This document shows positions 58,755 through 64,000 of a stretch of DNA of 64,000 nucleotides, one piece after another. Every line of letters begins with the position of its first letter. The stretch's first letter is position 1. The stretch lies in the IMG/VR virus record IMGVR_UViG_3300042502_001710, positions 12,966 to 76,965 of that record; one strand, 5' to 3'. Origin of the DNA: a virus. A model generated the notes under the pieces. The model had not been told where the DNA came from and did no database searches. It worked only from the letters and a program-made list of their open reading frames with translations. Both the position numbers and the translations under genes were made by a program.

Positions 58755-59411
58755 TTAGCTTTCGAAAGAATCTTTCGCTTTGTAATTATCTTGCTTAGGC
58801 AGTATTGAGCCGTACATGTAAACCAGTTCTCCGGGAACTGCTCGCGTTGGAGCACCCGCAGAATCGGCAGAGGTTGTGGCTCCACCTGCGACTGCTGGAT
58901 CGATCAAGTTTTTAAGAACGCCGCCTGCCACGGTTCTTACTCTATAAGGAGCAATACCAGAGCTTGGACGTGTTAAAACATCTATATCCAAAGTTCCGAG
59001 AGTCCTAGTTCGCTGAATCTGATTGATGCCGTCTCTGTCAGGCTTTGGACCAGATCGACCTCCATGCAAGGTGGTGCTTGCTACACCCCCAAGAGTGACG
59101 GTTACATTTCCACCTTTCATTACCCATTCGGTGGAATTAGCTTTGTAACCAAGAACTGTCGTTCCGGCAGTTACTGATCCCGGAACAGCACCAGAAACGC
59201 CAACACGGTCAGTATACTGACTGCCTGTTCCAACTTTGGCGATCACTTTAGACCCAATGGCCTTTCCAACGTTATCAGCAAGACTGTTGATGCTGAGATT
59301 TTTAGTCATTGGACCTGTGGTTGAAATGTTACCACCACCAAGAACTGTTCCGCCGTTATTCTTTTCCACGGAAGGAGCGGCACCATTACCGCTAGCTGCT
59401 ACAATAGGCAT
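58755..59411 (-). CDS. Gly/Thr/Val-rich putative virion protein
   Basis: CAGGAG RBS; own promoter-like motif and terminator. Confidence 0.55.
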   Translation of the reverse strand: MPIVAASGNGAAPSVEKNNGGTVLGGGNISTTGPMTKNLSINSLADNVGKAIGSKVIAKVGTGSQYTDRVGVSGAVPGSVTAGTTVLGYKANSTEWVMKGGNVTVTLGGVASTTLHGGRSGPKPDRDGINQIQRTRTLGTLDIDVLTRPSSGIAPYRVRTVAGGVLKNLIDPAVAGGATTSADSAGAPTRAVPGELVYMYGSILPKQDNYKAKDSFES

Positions 59412-59485
59412 AATAAAACTCCTGTCAAATATAAAAAATAAGATTTATTTTCCTTTTTCCTTTTTGTAGTCCGTGTCCATAATGG

Positions 59486-59494
59486 ATTATACAC
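59486..59494 (-). promoter_or_regulatory. GTGTATAAT candidate phage promoter
   Basis: Same core as 10416-10424; overlaps the sigma gene stop codon. Confidence 0.35.
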
Positions 59495-59954
59495 TTTTAT
59501 TAAGTGCGTATTTGATCTTTTCTAAACTTTTGTTCAATCTTATCCTGATAGTCTCTCCGCAAACACCCCTTGTGCTAGCCAATTCTTTGATGGTCATGTC
59601 TCCGTAAAGCCTGTCGATCACCAAAGATGGATCGTCGCACACGGATTCTATCAGGTCTCTGGTCTCAAAATCAACAAAAGGATCTCGACGATCAGGTATA
59701 TTGACCTGTAATTGAGCGTTGTTGTTTCTGTTGAATTTCCTTTGACTCAAACATTCAAACACAACGCCGCTGTGAAGATATGTGGTAAACTTAGCTTTGC
59801 TTCTTTTGTCGTATTTATTAACGGCCCGTAAAATGGCGTTCAATATACAACTTTTGATCTCGTCCTGAGATAAAATCTTACGAAAAGATGACGCGGCATT
59901 TTGAGCAACGTTCATAGTTTCGACATCATTGACATAATGCTCATAACTTTTCAT
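59487..59954 (-). CDS. Phage sigma70-family sigma factor (regions 2 and 4)
   Basis: 'AILRAVNKYD....KFTTYL'; 'MTIKELASTRGVCGETIRIRLNKSLEKIK'. Confidence 0.8.
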   Translation of the reverse strand: MKSYEHYVNDVETMNVAQNAASSFRKILSQDEIKSCILNAILRAVNKYDKRSKAKFTTYLHSGVVFECLSQRKFNRNNNAQLQVNIPDRRDPFVDFETRDLIESVCDDPSLVIDRLYGDMTIKELASTRGVCGETIRIRLNKSLEKIKYALNKSV

Positions 59955-59963
59955 TAATTTTTC

Positions 59964-60374
59964 CTATTCTAAAAACAAATCTTCAATTACTTTTCTTACA
60001 TTTCCAAAATCAAACATACGTCCAACGCCAATGAAAAATCTGTATCTACTGCATATTTTTAGTAGCTCAATCCCTTCAGTACGATTTAATTTATCTTTGA
60101 TCTCTTTTGTTATGTTAAAATTGGTGTGACCCAACCAGCAGTCAAAGTTTTGTGTCAAGGATATATTTTCTATGAGTTTGCTGTCTATTGGAATCATTAA
60201 GTTTTGATGAGTTGTGGGTTGATCATCTTCATCTTCAACAAAATCTTCATCCTCATCATCTAAATCAACCATTCCCATTTTTTGGTATAGCATGTCCAGC
60301 AGGGGTGAATCCAACTGCTCTTCGATCACATCTTCATACTTTTGCCAACCTATCTTCTTTTTAATATTCATCAT
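59964..60374 (-). CDS. Hypothetical protein
   Basis: GAGGAG RBS; acidic linker. Confidence 0.55.
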   Translation of the reverse strand: MMNIKKKIGWQKYEDVIEEQLDSPLLDMLYQKMGMVDLDDEDEDFVEDEDDQPTTHQNLMIPIDSKLIENISLTQNFDCWLGHTNFNITKEIKDKLNRTEGIELLKICSRYRFFIGVGRMFDFGNVRKVIEDLFLE

Positions 60375-60381
60375 TGACTCC

Positions 60382-60726
60382 TCACATTAAATCGCTGGGT
60401 TTAATCAAAGGGTTATCCTTTTCCTCATTAATAGTAGTATCCTTCGTCTCTAAATAACCTAGTATTTTACTCAATCCTTGTATTTTAACAATCTCAGACA
60501 CCAGAATTTTTAGTTCTTCCGATCTGCCGTCTTTGGAAAAAGCTTCTTGAGCAATCCCCAGTGTTTGTAACTGAAACTTTGATGTTGGGATGGAGGACAA
60601 TAACCTCGCAAACTGACGGAGTGTTTCATCTGAATAATCTTCTATCAAAATATCAATATAGATTTCACCGTCTTCATCAATGCAGTATTCTAATTTAGCT
60701 AAAGTTTTATGCTCTTCATCGCTCAT
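60382..60726 (-). CDS. Hypothetical protein
   Basis: Coupled to the upstream glycosyltransferase. Confidence 0.55.
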   Translation of the reverse strand: MSDEEHKTLAKLEYCIDEDGEIYIDILIEDYSDETLRQFARLLSSIPTSKFQLQTLGIAQEAFSKDGRSEELKILVSEIVKIQGLSKILGYLETKDTTINEEKDNPLIKPSDLM

Positions 60727-61775
60727 TGTTGGCCCAGACTTTTTAAAATTTTTGTAGCAGAATTATCCCAACTAAATCTTTGAGCGGTCTCAATTCCGGA
60801 GATATTCGTTTTATTCAAATCTTTGACTACATCTTTCATAAGGTCTACAAGGGAAGATATTTCTTTTTCTCCTATCTTCGCCCAATTACCTTGATTGAAG
60901 AACCATTTTCCGTCGAATGCAGATTCTGTGCTGTCTATAGGTATAATATTTGAGTTTTCCTTTGTGCAAAATTCTGTGTGTGCAGCGTATCCCGTTGTTA
61001 TCACTGACCTTCCGCAAGCCATCATTTCTAAAAGCTCTAGATTCCAACCTTCTGCACGCGACGGAAACACCCCGCAACTAACTTTACTCATTATATTATA
61101 CACTTCAGATTGTGTCTCAGCCCTTGGAATTAGTTTAACTTTTGGATGATGATACAATTGTTGCCATCGAAGATTTTCTTCCTCAGAGTTGAATGGATTG
61201 CTGCACATCATCCATAATTCTACATTTTCGAACTCTTCAGCCACAATCTTGAAAGCTTTTATGAGAAAATCATGACCCTTGCGAATCTCCCATTTTCCAC
61301 AATTGAAAAAAATAGTTTTACCACCATCAACACATGGCGTAGGCTTAAAAATATTTGTGTCTACTCCAAGTGGAATCACATCTATCGGCTTGTCGAAGCC
61401 AGAGAGGTTGTTTTTCACTGTCTGCTTGGCCCATTCTGAGCAAACAAAAAGTCTATCGCAAGAGTTTAGGTGATGCTGTTCTAGCTCATCAAAGACGTCC
61501 AACTCGAAAATAGGAAAACCAATATGCTCACCGTTGCCTACGAATTGAGACATATCGTTTTGATGCCAAATCTTGACGCATGGAGCTTTAGAGTCAAAGA
61601 AACGAGCTTTCTCTATAGCAAATTTTACATGATTGTGATCTTCCTCCGTTGTTACTTGAGGTTGACCAATAGGAAACAGTGATACTTTACACTGTTTTTG
61701 CAATGCTTTTAGGATATTTAAACCAGCTATACCGTAGCCAAGCTGATTGATCGGTGCCATTAAGTTTATGTTCAC
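60723..61775 (-). CDS. GT4 glycosyltransferase
   Basis: PLGVDT, KWEIRKG, PSRAEGWNLELLEMMACG, FSW. Confidence 0.85.
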   Translation of the reverse strand: MNINLMAPINQLGYGIAGLNILKALQKQCKVSLFPIGQPQVTTEEDHNHVKFAIEKARFFDSKAPCVKIWHQNDMSQFVGNGEHIGFPIFELDVFDELEQHHLNSCDRLFVCSEWAKQTVKNNLSGFDKPIDVIPLGVDTNIFKPTPCVDGGKTIFFNCGKWEIRKGHDFLIKAFKIVAEEFENVELWMMCSNPFNSEEENLRWQQLYHHPKVKLIPRAETQSEVYNIMSKVSCGVFPSRAEGWNLELLEMMACGRSVITTGYAAHTEFCTKENSNIIPIDSTESAFDGKWFFNQGNWAKIGEKEISSLVDLMKDVVKDLNKTNISGIETAQRFSWDNSATKILKSLGQQ

Positions 61776-62230
61776 TTTTTGAAAACTCCTGTAATAAATT
61801 CATCTATTGTTTTTACGTTTGGGCTTTTGTCTAAAAATTCAGTGGTGATCTGAGTTGCTCTAGCTTTATTTTCTCCCAAAGAAATTAAAGTAGACACACA
61901 TTCATCGAAAAGGGCATGTTTGCTTCTGGTCTTTTTTGATCTTTTCAGCTCTAACTCTTCAGCTAATTGTCTTTTTAACTTAAGTTTTTGAACTTTATTT
62001 CTTAATATCCTGATTTCTTCTGGATTAGACCTATCTTGCTTTACGCTGCGACAATCAGAAATATAGCCAATCTCAAAATTATCTGGAATAGCGAGGGGTT
62101 TGATCTCAGTGGAGCCGTTCAAAACACCTATAAAAAAACATATACCAAAAAATGTACCGATAGCAGTTCCTAGGATTTTTGCTGTTATCATGACTGAATC
62201 TGGCTGAAATTCCATCGATACACGTCTCAT
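61772..62230 (-). CDS. Membrane protein with a RuvA C-terminal-like domain
   Basis: TM 'ILGTAIGTFFGICFFIGVL'; coiled coil; 'DECVSTLISLGENKARA...IDEFI'. Confidence 0.55.
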   Translation of the reverse strand: MRRVSMEFQPDSVMITAKILGTAIGTFFGICFFIGVLNGSTEIKPLAIPDNFEIGYISDCRSVKQDRSNPEEIRILRNKVQKLKLKRQLAEELELKRSKKTRSKHALFDECVSTLISLGENKARATQITTEFLDKSPNVKTIDEFITGVFKK

Positions 62231-62275
62231 TCTGAAAATTGATTAATGTGAATGCACTCTTCACGCAATATCTGT

Positions 62276-62304
62276 ATTATAGTTGCTGTTATCCTCTTTG
62301 TCAA
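62276..62304 (-). promoter_or_regulatory. Consensus sigma70 promoter
   Basis: TTGACA-17 bp-TATAAT exact. Confidence 0.85.
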
Positions 62305-62319
62305 GCTCTTTCGGCAAGA

Positions 62320-62337
62320 TTGTCAAAATTCTGTCAT
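62320..62337 (+). promoter_or_regulatory. Pho-box-like (OmpR/PhoB-type) direct repeat
   Basis: TTGTCAAAATTCTGTCAT; TGTCA repeated 11 bp apart. Confidence 0.3.
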
Positions 62338-62359
62338 GAAAAGTCTAGACGCAACATCA

Positions 62360-62410
62360 GGCTACAAAAAAAACCCATAGTATGTACCTATGGGTTTTTC
62401 TTTAGTAGCC
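62360..62410. terminator. Rho-independent terminator
   Basis: AAAAACCCATAG-TATGTAC-CTATGGGTTTTT with outer GGCTAC/GTAGCC pairing. Confidence 0.8.
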
Positions 62411-62439
62411 AAATCAATTAGTATCTAAAGGCCAATAGT

Positions 62440-63288
62440 CTATATGAGAGATATTATTTCTTTTAGTTTGTTTTCCAACCTATTTGTATAACTAATCCAA
62501 TTAATCGCTTTTTTATAATTTTCTTCTATGACATCTTTTTTGCTATCATAAAATTCTTCTGTCAAAGAGTTGCAAGAATTAATAATTTCATCCTCATTTT
62601 TACATAGAACAAATCCATCTATATTAAAATAATTTTGAATGTTTGTACATCCTAAATACACTGGTATAGTTTTAGTTAAAAGACAATCGATTAATTTTTC
62701 TGAGAAGTAATAGTCTTGACTGCTATTTTCAACGCATATATGAAACATGCTATCAAACAAAGAAACTTTTGAATCTCCTAATATTTTATTATTATTTATA
62801 TTTTCAATCCCAATGTCAGAGGCTGGTGGAACTTGAAATTCTGTAACAACAGATCTGTGAGTAGAACCCCAGTTGCTTCTATAAAAGTCAGTTGGAATTT
62901 TTATTTCGTTTTGTCTGTACCACAACATCCTTCTAAGACGATGATTTTGAGTAGTTTGTTTATGGCCACAAACCGTTGAAACAGAAAAATTTTTAGTGGG
63001 AAAGTTATAATATTTATTATCAATCCATGATGTTCCATATTCAAAAAGAATGGCATTCTTACAATTACTTAATATTTTATTATCAAAAGTTAGTATATGG
63101 TCAAAATCATTTTGATTATGAATGATTGCATCCGACAATCTACTCATTACATCTGGCTCCCTTGCAATGAATATTTTTAAATCCGTTGTTTTGCAATTTT
63201 TTATAAATGTATCAATAGAAATTTCAATAGATTTATCTAAATCAAAATTAAAAGACTCTCCATATAGAGAATAAACTATAGGCTTCAT
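62440..63288 (-). CDS. GT10-like (alpha-1,3-fucosyltransferase family) glycosyltransferase
   Basis: 'FHICVENS..DYYFSEKLIDC....IPVYLG'. Confidence 0.78.
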   Translation of the reverse strand: MKPIVYSLYGESFNFDLDKSIEISIDTFIKNCKTTDLKIFIAREPDVMSRLSDAIIHNQNDFDHILTFDNKILSNCKNAILFEYGTSWIDNKYYNFPTKNFSVSTVCGHKQTTQNHRLRRMLWYRQNEIKIPTDFYRSNWGSTHRSVVTEFQVPPASDIGIENINNNKILGDSKVSLFDSMFHICVENSSQDYYFSEKLIDCLLTKTIPVYLGCTNIQNYFNIDGFVLCKNEDEIINSCNSLTEEFYDSKKDVIEENYKKAINWISYTNRLENKLKEIISLI

Positions 63289-63297
63289 TAATTTTCC

Positions 63298-63465
63298 TTA
63301 TTTATATATATAAAAAGTATCGTATGTAAGCCTTTGATGAATAACATATCCTAATTTTGACATTAAAGCGTCAAACTCTTCAAGATTTGTATTTGTTTCA
63401 TAAGTATTAAATTCACAAGTTTCTGCAAACTCATTGGAACTTTTTATTATATGAGATAAGTAAAA
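63298..63465 (-). pseudogene. Open frame of 56 codons (stop included) with no start at its 5' end, resembling a methyltransferase C-terminus
   Basis: ...EFAETCEFNTYETNTNLEEFDALMSKLGYVIHQRLTYDTFYIYK*, preceded by an in-frame TAA. Confidence 0.3.
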
Positions 63466-63487
63466 TTATTAGAGATCAATATTTTTT

Positions 63488-64000
63488 TTATTTTAACCAA
63501 CCTATTTTTTGATTCCTAGTTTTCTCATTACTTTTTAATCCATTAGAAAGAAATTGATAAACTCCGTCAGCACTACCTCTATAAAGGCAAGTCCAAATTC
63601 CGATATTACCACTATTAATTATAATTTTATGACTTTTAGATATAATTTGCATTACAGCTAAAAAAATTTGAGCATTAATTAATCTTTCACCTATAGGCAA
63701 AGTAAACTGGATAGCAGTATCTTTATTGCTTATTTTTTTAGTTTCTTTTATTTCTATAAAATCTTTTATATTTTCTCTGATAAATTCTATAAATTCATAC
63801 TCATCTGATTGAACTAATAATTTATGATCTGGATTTGTTTTTTTTACTTGATTTATTTTGTTTAAAATTTCAACATAAGTAGGTAAAGTAGTTTCTGTTC
63901 TCTTGTCGTTTCCACGAAAACACACTGATATGGTTTTCGATAAATCTATTTCATATTTGTTTAATAAATAATTTTTTATTTCTTTAACTTTTTCGGACGG
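63488..64000 (-). CDS. NodZ/O-fucosyltransferase-like glycosyltransferase, 5' end outside the window
   Basis: Frame open to the window edge; 'ISVCFRGNDK.TE', 'VQSDE', 'SGNIG'. Confidence 0.6.
   Translation of the reverse strand, partial: PSEKVKEIKNYLLNKYEIDLSKTISVCFRGNDKRTETTLPTYVEILNKINQVKKTNPDHKLLVQSDEYEFIEFIRENIKDFIEIKETKKISNKDTAIQFTLPIGERLINAQIFLAVMQIISKSHKIIINSGNIGIWTCLYRGSADGVYQFLSNGLKSNEKTRNQKIGWLK

Noticed and set aside
62231-62439. tRNA or structured ncRNA in the largest intergenic gap
   Set aside because: Explained by a terminator and promoter; no cloverleaf or T-loop motif seen
1-64000. Stop-codon reassignment as in some large phages
   Set aside because: Conserved genes are full length in code 11, and TAA, TAG and TGA all end genes at expected positions

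Overview
This window is 64 kb of a large, AT-rich tailed-phage genome. It uses standard code 11, is densely coding, and shows no rRNA, tRNA or CRISPR array. Positions 1-11.2 kb (+ strand) are the end of a putative virion/tail module with 1699-aa and 1378-aa proteins. It meets the rest of the window (- strand) at a bidirectional terminator. The - strand carries, in coordinate order: (1) recombination/nuclease genes; (2) a ~15 kb glycan-synthesis cluster (GDP-fucose synthase, SDR epimerase, many glycosyltransferases and methyltransferases, several apparently degenerate); (3) a DNA polymerase III alpha (DnaE) split without an intein into two genes flanking a DnaQ-like exonuclease; (4) two AT-rich fused glycosyltransferases; (5) two Tat-signal DUF1501 paralogs, which point to a Planctomycetota-like host; (6) Cas4-like nuclease, dNMP kinase, primase, GuaC, DnaB, RecA, PhoH and a MazG-like protein; (7) a class Ia ribonucleotide reductase whose nrdA is fractured by a naturally split intein at the catalytic Cys, with a free-standing GIY-YIG gene between the halves and an HNH gene before nrdB; (8) a candidate non-canonical lysis/envelope cassette (TM-PAS protein, holin-like protein, papain-like protease, Zn/thioredoxin lipoprotein, membrane proteins); (9) a phage sigma factor, a TM-anchored RuvA-C-like protein behind a perfect sigma70 promoter, and fucosyltransferases. 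All family calls come from motifs recognised by eye; no database searches were run.
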